From an uncultured cyanobacterium (lineage in GTDB: Bacteria > Cyanobacteriota > Cyanobacteriia > Cyanobacteriales > Microcystaceae): a stretch of DNA of 39,035 nt. The stretch is taken from NCBI GenBank assembly GCA_963807635.1, contig CAWEDJ010000061.1, positions 1-39,035 on the forward strand, written 5' to 3'. Below the pieces are notes generated by a model. That model had not been told where the DNA came from. It worked only from the letters and a program-made list of their open reading frames with translations, and did no database searches. Below are positions 30,738-39,035 of the stretch, one piece after another (position 1 is the first letter of the stretch; each line of letters begins with the position of its first letter). Made by a program: the position numbers and the translations under genes.

Positions 30738-31001
30738 GGAATTTTAAGGCTTCTAATTCGTCTAATTCAGTTAATTGGTGTAATAATTCTAAAGTTTCTG
30801 CGGCTTCTATGGGATCAAGGCGATTCATGGCAAAGCCCACATGAACCAAAACCCAATCTCCGACACAAGATTCAATGGAGTGTTCTTCATCTACGATACA
30901 GGCAATATTAACGGGACGTTTTACTCCACCAATATCGGCGATCGCAAGTTGTAAAGATTTATCAAGGATTTCAGTAATTTGGCCTGAATTCCTAAACACA
31001 T
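30721..31001 (-). CDS. hypC: Hydrogenase maturation chaperone HypC; 1-bp deletion near the start
   Basis: ATG TGT TTA GGA ATT C[C]A GGC = MCLGIPG; VGDWVLVHVGFAM. Confidence 0.92.
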
Positions 31002-31121
31002 AAGCTTAATTAATGCTGATTTTCTTCAATCTTAGCTGACTTGATTCAAACTTAACCAAAGAAAGTCACGACCTCATTTTGTTATCTGCTAAAATGATAG
31101 CTTTAAATCAGGATAAAAGCG

Positions 31122-31574
31122 ATGACTCAAGCCCCTACTGCCCTAACATTATATGATCAAGATTACTTACTTTGGATAGAAGACACGGTCAATCAGTTAC
31201 GAAATAGAAAGTTTCATTGTTTGGATTTAGTAAATTTGATTGAGGAGATCGAAGATTTGGGGAAATCGCAAAAACGAGAGTTAAAAAGTCGTTTAGGAGA
31301 GTTGCTGGAACATATCCTGAAGCGTACCTATATCGATATGCCAGATTGTTATCGTGGTTGGGTCGAATCAGTTGATAAACAACGCATTGGACTGAGACGC
31401 TTATTAAAAGATTCACCGAGTCTTAAGCCTTATTTGCTTGAGGTATTTGATGAAGTTTATGCTGATACTTTAATCGTTATTTGTAGGAGTTATCCTCAAT
31501 GTAAGTTTCCCAAAAAATGGCCTTTTGAGCGGAATATTGAAGCTTTGTTGACTATCGATTTCTGGTTGAATTAG
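31122..31574 (+). CDS. DUF29 family protein (copy 1)
   Basis: LYDQDYLLW..LD..NLIEEIEDLGKSQK..LLEHILK..QR..L..SPSLK. Confidence 0.92.
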   Translation: MTQAPTALTLYDQDYLLWIEDTVNQLRNRKFHCLDLVNLIEEIEDLGKSQKRELKSRLGELLEHILKRTYIDMPDCYRGWVESVDKQRIGLRRLLKDSPSLKPYLLEVFDEVYADTLIVICRSYPQCKFPKKWPFERNIEALLTIDFWLN

Positions 31575-31583
31575 CTCTATGTA

Positions 31584-31603
31584 TTTGGAAACCAAACCCC
31601 TAC
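31584..31603 (-). repeat. Truncated GTAG-type REP-like hairpin
   Basis: Minus strand GTAGGGGTTTGG-TTT-CCAAA, missing the closing CCCCTAC; lies between converging DUF29 genes. Confidence 0.45.
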
Positions 31604-31648
31604 CAAATTTTAAAAATGTTTTGACAATAGTAGCCGATGCTGTCATGC

Positions 31649-32089
31649 TTAATCTTTTTCCCAAAAATTGCGATTTAAGATGGCATTAATATCACAATCT
31701 TCAAGCCAATGATCAGGGAAATTAATTTGGGGATATTCTTCCCGAACAGAGGCGATCGCGCTGGCATAGATTTTAGGAAAAATTTCCAAGAGAAAGTTTT
31801 TGAGACTCGGTGAATCTTCTAAAATATCCTTGATTTCATTACGAAAAGCTCTGATTTCTCTTTGCCAACCGATATAACATTCGGGTAAGGGAACATAACA
31901 GCGTTTCAGTAAATGCTCAATCAGTCTTCTTAAAAAACTTTTGATAGCATTACGCTGACTCTTGCCCAAAGCTTCTACCTCTTCAATTAAATTTTCGAGA
32001 TCCAAGTTTTCAAAATCTTTAGTTTTAAGTTTATTAACGGTTTCTGTCACCCAAAGTGAAGTATCTTGTTCATAAAGCGATCGCGTCAT
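31649..32089 (-). CDS. DUF29 family protein (copy 2)
   Basis: MTRSLYEQD..LDLENLIEEVEALGKSQR..IEHLLKR..DSPSLK. Confidence 0.92.
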   Translation of the reverse strand: MTRSLYEQDTSLWVTETVNKLKTKDFENLDLENLIEEVEALGKSQRNAIKSFLRRLIEHLLKRCYVPLPECYIGWQREIRAFRNEIKDILEDSPSLKNFLLEIFPKIYASAIASVREEYPQINFPDHWLEDCDINAILNRNFWEKD

Positions 32090-32091
32090 TA

Positions 32092-32543
32092 TTAATTTTC
32101 CTCCCAAAATCTATCATTGAGCATTGCTTCTAACTCCTGGGAAAAGAGCGATCGGGAAAATTTATCTGGGAATATTCTTCACGCACCGTCTTTAGGGCAA
32201 TTTCCCAAGCATCAATAAAACTACTTTCCCATCTGCTTTTAAGACTTGGTACTTGTTTGATTAAAACCTGAAGATTATTACGTTGAGTACGGATAGTTCT
32301 TTCCCAACCGTTATAATCATAGGGTAAATCAACATATAAACGCTTCAATAAATGCTCTAGTAATACAATTAATCGATTGATTAATTCTTTCTTTTGCGAA
32401 ATACCCAAGGATTCTACCTCTTCGATTAAATTGTCTAAATCTAGGCTTTCAAAATCCTTTGCTTTAAGTTTGCTAACGGTTTCTTCAACCCAAAGCAAAA
32501 TATCCTGCTCATAAAGCGATCGCTTATCGAGTGCTTGTGTCAT
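32092..32543 (-). CDS. DUF29 family protein (copy 3); frameshift near the C-terminus (~32142)
   Basis: GGAGGA RBS, MTQALDKRSLYEQD..LEHLLKR; alternative-frame tail QELEAMLNDRFWEEN* matches the paralog ends. Confidence 0.88.
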
Positions 32544-32567
32544 GTCTTCCTCCAGTGTTTCCAAAAA

Positions 32568-33263
32568 TTAATTGGTTAGACCATGTTTTAGGGCAAATCT
32601 GACTAATTCAGTGCGACTATTAGTTCCAGTTTTACTAAACAAACGACTGACATATTTTTCGACATTTCTCACACTGGTTTCTAAACGACTGGCAATTTCT
32701 TTGTTCATCAAACCCTGGGCAACCAGATCCAAAACACTTTGTTCCCTGGGAGTTAGTTCGATTTTTAGAGGGGATGGAGTGGTGAGCAAATGGGGAGATT
32801 GGCCAATTTGTTCCTTGAGTTCTTTGATTTCCTGAACAATTTCCTGCAATTTAGCCGATTCACTGCCCGAATCTAGGGTATTTTGGCGACGTTCTAATAA
32901 ATTTTTAATAATAGCTTCCAATTCTTCAGGATCAAAGGGTTTTGATAAATAGGCATCGCATCCCGATTGATAGCCCGTAATGCGATCGCTGGTCATGCCT
33001 CTTGCAGTTAAGAAAATAACGGGTAGGGATTTACAACGAGGATCTTGCCGTAATTTCTCTAAAAACTGATAACCATCTACCTGGGGCATCATAATATCGG
33101 AAATAATCAGATCGGGCAGATTTTTTTGCAAATATTCTAAGCCCGCGATCGCGTTACTGGCCACTGTGACTTGAAATTCTCCACTATCTTCTAGATAGGC
33201 TTGCACCGATTCCCGAATGCCTGGTTCATCATCGACGAGGAGTAATTTAGCTGGCTCAGTCAT
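32568..33263 (-). CDS. ycf29: NarL/LuxR-family response regulator (Rre1/Ycf29-type)
   Basis: LLLVDDEPG, ISDIMMP, FLTARG, SKPFDP; HTH LTPREQSVLDLVAQGLMNKEIA..RNVEKYVSRLFSKTGTNSRTELVRFAL. Confidence 0.85.
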   Translation of the reverse strand: MTEPAKLLLVDDEPGIRESVQAYLEDSGEFQVTVASNAIAGLEYLQKNLPDLIISDIMMPQVDGYQFLEKLRQDPRCKSLPVIFLTARGMTSDRITGYQSGCDAYLSKPFDPEELEAIIKNLLERRQNTLDSGSESAKLQEIVQEIKELKEQIGQSPHLLTTPSPLKIELTPREQSVLDLVAQGLMNKEIASRLETSVRNVEKYVSRLFSKTGTNSRTELVRFALKHGLTN

Positions 33264-33450
33264 GGGGTTTTCCTCAGTTGCAAGGTTAATCATTCATAAA
33301 TCTATCATGGCATTTTTTAGACACTCTCAAAACAATCTCATTGAAGAAAGGATTACGCATTAAATTTCCCCCTTATCAAGAAAGATTTGGGGGGTATTGA
33401 GCCTTTATTTTCGAGAATTATTCCCAACAAATGGCTTGTATTAGTTGTTT

Positions 33451-34875
33451 TTAACCTGCTCGTTTATAGGCTTCATCCAATACTTCCGAAAGAGTCGGAT
33501 GAGCATGGACATTAAAGGCCAATTCTCGGACGGATTTGCGTTCCGCGATCGCGTTGGCGGCTTCTTCGATCAAGTCCGAAGCATGAATCCCGATAATATG
33601 CACTCCTAATAATTCGCCTGTATCCTGACGATAAACGACCTTAGCCATGCCTTCTGTTTCTTTTTCGGCAAGAGCCTTGGAATTTCCCTTATAATAGGAT
33701 TTAACCGTCGAAACTGTGAAATTCTCGGTTGTTCCCAACTCCTTTGCCTGGGCTTCCGTTAATCCCACATAGCTAATTTCAGGATGGGTAAAAGCGGCGG
33801 CGGGAATAGAACGATAATCAATGGATTTAGCGCGACCACAGATATTTTCAACCGCAATCACTCCCTGACCTGAAGCGGCATGGGCCAACATCATTTTACC
33901 CGTCGCATCTCCCACTGCCCAGAGATGAGGAACCACTTCACCGTCTTTGATCACGGCCATTTGGTCATTTACTTCAATAAAACCCCGTCGATCTAGTTCT
34001 ATACCAACGGTTTCAAGTCCTAAATTCTTCGTCGCAGGAATCCGTCCCGTTGCCACCAAACAGGCATCGACCTCTAAGGTTTCTACAATTTCCTTGGTTT
34101 TGGCATCGGCTAATTCAATCACCACAGGATTACCAGGTTTGACGGTTTTCGCTAAGGTACTGACATAGGTTTCAATGGAACGCGGTTTAATCAAGACTCG
34201 TTCCGCAATTTTGGCGATTTCAGGATCAAAGCCTGGCATCAACACATCTAAGGCTTCGATCATGGTCACTTCGGAGCCTAATGCAGTATAAACATCAGAA
34301 AATTCTAGCCCAATGTAGCCACTGCCAATAATCGCAATCCACTTGGGTAGAGTTTCTAATCTGACGGCTTCATCGCTGGTAAAAACCGTTTTATGGTCAA
34401 TTTCAATCCCAGGCGGCACAAAGGGAACGGAACCAGGACAGAGCATAATTTCCTGGGCAGTAATAATCTTTTCACCTGCATCGGTCGTAACACTGACTTT
34501 TTGCGGCCCAGCAACTTTTCCCCAACCTCGAATAGTTTCAACTTTTAAACGGGTCAAACTATTGGTCAAATCCGCCCGAATTTTGTTGACTAAATCCGTT
34601 GCATGATCGGCGATCGCGCTTCGTTCAAAGGAAACACCACCGAGTTGAATTCCCAAATCTTTTAAATGATCCGCGTCCTGAAACTCCCTGACCCTGCCCG
34701 ATGCGGCCAATAATGCCTTGGACGGAATACACCCCCGATTGACGCAGGTTCCCCCCATGTCCTTTGCTTCAATAATCGCGGTTTTGAGACCACATTTAAC
34801 CGCGTGCAAGGCGGCTCCATGACCACCAACCCCTGCACCAATAATCACTAAATCATAATCAAATGCTTGACTCAT
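33451..34875 (-). CDS. lpdA: Dihydrolipoamide dehydrogenase
   Basis: [35 protein letters not shown]. Confidence 0.97.
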   Translation of the reverse strand: MSQAFDYDLVIIGAGVGGHGAALHAVKCGLKTAIIEAKDMGGTCVNRGCIPSKALLAASGRVREFQDADHLKDLGIQLGGVSFERSAIADHATDLVNKIRADLTNSLTRLKVETIRGWGKVAGPQKVSVTTDAGEKIITAQEIMLCPGSVPFVPPGIEIDHKTVFTSDEAVRLETLPKWIAIIGSGYIGLEFSDVYTALGSEVTMIEALDVLMPGFDPEIAKIAERVLIKPRSIETYVSTLAKTVKPGNPVVIELADAKTKEIVETLEVDACLVATGRIPATKNLGLETVGIELDRRGFIEVNDQMAVIKDGEVVPHLWAVGDATGKMMLAHAASGQGVIAVENICGRAKSIDYRSIPAAAFTHPEISYVGLTEAQAKELGTTENFTVSTVKSYYKGNSKALAEKETEGMAKVVYRQDTGELLGVHIIGIHASDLIEEAANAIAERKSVRELAFNVHAHPTLSEVLDEAYKRAG

Positions 34876-34996
34876 AAAGACGTTAACCTATTTTACCTAA
34901 TTGTTTTAACGGTATTGCTTTAATCTCTTAGTTTAGGAGAAAAGGGGAAAGCGTGGGAAGACGAAATAGAAATTAACCCGTTTTAAAATTAAGGAT

Positions 34997-35633
34997 TTAG
35001 ACAGTTTCTCTCGTTAAAATTAATCCAGTGATAAAACCGATTATTAATCCAAAGATATGACTAATTAGACTAACATGAGGAGTACGATAATCAATCAAAA
35101 ATTGTATACCAACGACAACCAACAAAGAATAAATCGCTGACGGGCTAACAAGCTTTTTTCTTGCCACCAATCCTGTAAAAATATCGCTCCCATTGCACCA
35201 ATTAATCCCATAATCGCGGCGGATGCTCCGACTAAAAGAGTTTGAGGTTCACCTATTTTTAAAAAATAGAAAACAATCAAGATCATTGATAAACAACCAC
35301 TGGAGAAATAGATAATCAGATAGCGAATTTTGCCTAAATAGGACTCAATGATTGATCCCATATAGTATAAACCCAACATATTGGCTCCCAAATGAAACCA
35401 GCCGTAGTGTAAAAAATTCGCCGTAATCAGTCGCCACCATTCTCCTTTTAAAATATCTTCGGTCGTGAGTGCGCCCAATGTATGAAGAGTTTGTAAGTTT
35501 TCTGATCCGCCCCACTGATTTTCCTGTTGAAAAACAATAAGATTAACCAGAATAGTTAAATAAGTTAAATAGGGTTTACGCACAATATCTCATAGGAAAA
35601 AGCGGAATTTTGAGGTAAAATATTAAACTTCAT
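34997..35633 (-). CDS. Rhomboid-family intramembrane serine protease; frameshifts at ~35587 and ~35127
   Basis: WWRLITANFLH, HLGANM, GASAAIMG, and SHIFG in the shifted C-terminal frame. Confidence 0.85.
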
Positions 35634-35669
35634 TCCAAGAATGTGGGATTGTTTTTTGTAACCCATCAA

Positions 35670-35924
35670 CTAACTCTTTCCCGTTGTAGGACGGAACCAT
35701 TGGGATAATTTATTAATCAACCAACTGAGTAACGCCCCTAACATGAGAATGCCGATCGCAGGATTAAAAAGAGGAATCCAGAGTTTTTGCCAGACCGCCA
35801 GCCCCAGATGTACGCCCATCGAATCCCCCAAAACGGCGATCGCAAACCAAAAGAATCCTAGCAAAACCAGAAAAACATCGGCGACGAGAAGACGATTGAG
35901 CCAAGTTAAGGCAGTTTCTTTCAT
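35670..35924 (-). CDS. Small two-TM conserved cyanobacterial hypothetical protein
   Basis: 84 aa, LVADVFLVL..W..LW.PLFNPAIGILMLGA; GGAG RBS. Confidence 0.75.
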   Translation of the reverse strand: MKETALTWLNRLLVADVFLVLLGFFWFAIAVLGDSMGVHLGLAVWQKLWIPLFNPAIGILMLGALLSWLINKLSQWFRPTTGKS

Positions 35925-36064
35925 GGCACTCCTGTTAAAATTAAAATAATTATTCTATTTTACCGAAAAGTTGCTATTCTATTTTAGGAATCTTTTTGAG
36001 AATTTTTTAATAATAGAAAATATCGTTTAATCTTCTGTTCAAATCATCAATTTCATTCAAAAAT

Positions 36065-37841
36065 ATGTTAAAAACTTGGTGGCAATCCTTTGATAAAAAC
36101 CCCCGACAATGTTGGTTGATTTCTATTCTTTGGTTAGTTTTAATTAGCTGGATCGCTTTTTTCTGGAATCTGGGTGTTCTGGGGGTGATGGATAAAACCG
36201 AAGCCCTCTTTGTCGAAGTTGCCCATCAGGTTTATCTCACCGATGACTGGATTACTCCCCGTTGGAATTGGCAGACTTTTTTTGATTATCCCATTTGGGG
36301 TTATTGGATGGTTGCCCTCAGTTTTAAACTATTTGGGGTGAGTGAATGGGCGGCGAGATTGCCTGTTTGCGTTTGCCGCGATCGCCTTGGTTGTTCTGAG
36401 TTTCTACACGCTCCGTTATTTTGGGCTAAATGGGCATGAAGATCAGCTTGAAGTTCGACAACGCTGGATTCGGGCTTGGATTGGGACGGGAATTGTGGCT
36501 CTCAATCCTGGTTGGGTCGGTTGGGGCAGAACCTCTGTGACCGATATGTTTCTCTCTAGCGCGATCGCGATGGCGATGTTGAGCTTCTTTTTGGGATACG
36601 CCCAGCCTGAAAATCCCAAGGTACAGCAACGTTGGTATTTAGTCGCTCCCGTTTTTGCCGCGATCGCAGTCTTAGCCAAAGGCCCAGTGGGTCTGCTTTT
36701 ACCTGCCTTAGCAATTAGTATCTTTTTAATTTATGTCGGTCAATTTTGGCAAGTTTTACGAGAAATAAAACTGATTACCATGATTGGTATTTTTTTACTG
36801 ATCACAGTTCCTTGGTATGGATTGGCGGCTCAGGCGAATGGCGCGGAATTTATCGGCACTTTTTTCGGTTTTAGCAATTTCCAACGGTTTACCAGCGTTC
36901 TCTACCGTCATGCGGGGCCTTGGTACTTCTATTTACCCTATTGCTTCATTTTACTCTTTCCTTGGTCGCTTTTTTTACCGTTGGCGATCGTCCGTTTACA
37001 ATTTTGGCGAAAAAAAGTTTGGGCATCAACGCCCCGAAATCGTCAATTAGGTTTATTTTGTTTAGTCTGGTTTATGGTGATTTTAGTCTTTTTTTCGGTG
37101 GCGGCGACCAAATTACCAGGTTATATTCTGCCCATAGTGCCAGCAGGAGCAATTATGATTACGCTCTTTTGGGGAGACGAAATGTTAGTCCATCGGGAAA
37201 AAGTTTATCAACCATGGCCATTTTTAGCGAGTGGGCTTATAACAACCTTGCTCTTTTTTGGGTTAGCGATCGCGGCTTTTATCAGTCCCAAATTAGCAGG
37301 TAGCGATCCCGCTTTCCCCACTTTTGGAGAAACTCTAGAAGCGTCAGGAATCCCCGTTATTTTTGGAATAATATTAAGCGCATTAGGGATTTTTTCGACA
37401 ATTTTATTAATCAAAAAAAATTATCGTCATTGGTTTTGGACTTCTAATCTATTATTTTTTATAAGCTTATTAACCGTTGTGGTTCCGCCGCTCGCGCCCA
37501 TTATGGATAGTCAGCGTCAGTTACCCTTTCGGGAACTAGCAAAGGTTGTCGGACAAGTGGCTAAACCCCAGGAATTAGTTTTTTTAATGGGTTATCCCCG
37601 TTATAGTTTAGTTCATTATAGTCAGCATCGCGTCGAGTTTTTAGATGATGTGAATTTTGCGATCGACTACCTCAAAGATCCGACTAAGGTTAATTCATTG
37701 CCAACGGTTTTAATCGTCACTGAACCTAAATTTATGGATCGCTTCGGGTTAAAGCCAGGAGATTATCAACTAATTGATGAAAAAGGAGTTTATAAATTAA
37801 TTCGAGTTTCTAAAGCTCTTTTATTAGAAAAACAACCTTAA
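36065..37841 (+). CDS. GT-C fold ArnT/PMT-like (GT39/83) membrane glycosyltransferase; frameshift at ~36368
   Basis: DKTEALF..DWITP..FG.SEWAARLP, AKGPVG, PWYFY, TKLPGYILP. Confidence 0.88.
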
Positions 37842-37868
37842 AAAAAAGGGCAGTTATTAACTACCCTT
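37841..37868. terminator. Terminator-like hairpin after the glycosyltransferase gene
   Basis: A-run then AAGGGCAGTTA / TAACTACCCTT inverted repeat. Confidence 0.5.
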
Positions 37869-37941
37869 CAAATCGAAAATCAACCTATTAACTTAGCTGA
37901 CTTTTCCCGTTAAGTCTAAAATCCAGTAATGCAAACATCTA

Positions 37942-38110
37942 GACCCATTATCTGAAGGAATCGTCGGAGTTGAGGGGAAAAAAGTATAATAGAGGTATGG
38001 AGTTGGAGGTAATGCAATGGGACTGGAATCTGAATCGCTTGCTAAAATTACCCAATGTGATAATTATTAAAGTTCAAGAAATAGAAGATATCGCTGTTCT
38101 ATCAATCTAG
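37942..38110 (+). mobile_element. Possible left-end remnant of an ISL3-like element
   Basis: TATAAT and GGAGG precede a truncated ORF MQWDWNLNRLLKLPNVIIIKVQEIED resembling cyanobacterial ISL3 transposase N-termini. Confidence 0.35.
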
Positions 38111-38287
38111 GCAGAAGAGAGATAGAAATCACGCGGAAAAATTATCTCCAACAGAGAATTTGTTAGTTTACTTAACTGGAAGAATAGACGACAAAATACT
38201 CGCAGTATTTGAGGAGTAAAAATCACGACTAACCAAGTTTTAAGCAGATTGAAGTAACATAATGGCTGAATAAACAATCGTAAATTA

Positions 38288-39035
38288 CAATACCTTTGCC
38301 AAATTACGAGAGTTCAATTGTTGCAGAAACATTGTGAATACGACCAAGAGAAGTAAGCTTGGCAAAAATCTGGGCTAATAAAATAGGCTCTGGCTGTTCG
38401 GGAAGCATTTTTAACATTGCATGAGCATAGTTCAAACCACGGTAGTAAGCTTTAAGATTAACAATGCCAGAGCCAGGATTATCTTCACGGAACTGAGCTA
38501 GAAGAAGATGGATAAATTGACCATGAAAAAAGAAAGGTTAGCCGCATTAGTAACAGAGGTTTGACCGAGGTTCATAAAATCTTCCAATCCCCAAAACTGC
38601 TTGGCATCACGAAAATTAAATTCGATTTGGAAGCGTAGTTTATAGTAGTCGATAATTTTGTCATAGGATAAAGTTAAGTCACTGGAAAAGAGAATTACGT
38701 GACTGCGTGCATTAGTTTTGAGATTGGTTTTCACGAAAATCACTACATTCAGGGACTGGCAAATTCTTTGTAGAAGAGGCCGATAAGTATCGGTTTGGAT
38801 ATCTTCCTCAATAATACTTTGACGCAAATATTCATCACAAATATTCTGCCAGTTCAGCTTATCCCCGTATTTATGACGAGAGGGATGATTCGGGTCAGAA
38901 TGTTGGTAAGGCATATAAGGCGCTGAATCATGACGTAACTTGGAAATGATGTGGAAGTTAACCTGCTTCGCCATCTGTAAAGCATTGTTGTTTCCAAAAT
39001 GACCGTCTAAGACCAAGTAAGTGAGGGGAATAAAG
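38288..39035 (-). mobile_element. IS4/IS701-like DDE transposase element (degenerate, continues beyond the window)
   Basis: VLDGHFGN..ISKLRHD, YKLRFQIEFNFRDAKQFWGLEDFMN; shifted C-terminus stops at 38304; probable end CAATACCTTTGCCAA at 38288. Confidence 0.8.

Noticed and set aside
1..39035. CRISPR array, rRNA or tRNA genes
   Set aside because: No regularly spaced repeat-spacer units or recognisable RNA gene seen; the only tandem repeat (19435-19578) is coding and has no spacers.
1..39035. Abundant GCGATCGC octamer as a novel repeat
   Set aside because: This is the well-known cyanobacterial HIP1 sequence.

Overview
AT-rich cyanobacterial chromosome segment. The HIP1 octamer GCGATCGC is very frequent, and the gene set resembles Synechocystis/Chroococcales; the taxon is an inference. 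Most of the window is scattered core genes: M16 peptidase, fasciclin protein, CYP110-type P450, cysteine synthase, DUF815 ATPase, metal ABC permease, CCB1-like protein, histidine kinase, larE, ubiX, pntA, TonB-like protein, glycosyltransferases, hypC/hypD, rre1/ycf29, lpdA and rhomboid. Many carry single-base frameshifts at CCWGG/GGCC sites or homopolymers, which look like long-read errors rather than real pseudogenes. The main accessory locus (1286-8612, minus strand) is a co-oriented cluster: SynDLP-type dynamin-like GTPase, HEAT-repeat protein, two tandem KGK-domain genes, Uma2 nuclease and HNH nuclease. The dynamin gene and the first KGK gene are each cleanly interrupted by a different IS, and both genes can be rebuilt in frame from the TIRs and target duplications. 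A second accessory spot (22.7-24.1 kb) is a RelE-like toxin with an unrecognised 147-aa partner and an operator-like palindrome, sitting between decayed ATPase and TPR remnants. Also present: a DUF29 triplet, REP-like hairpins, an HLR1 (RpaB) site and an IS nest at the right end. No rRNA, tRNA or CRISPR array was seen.
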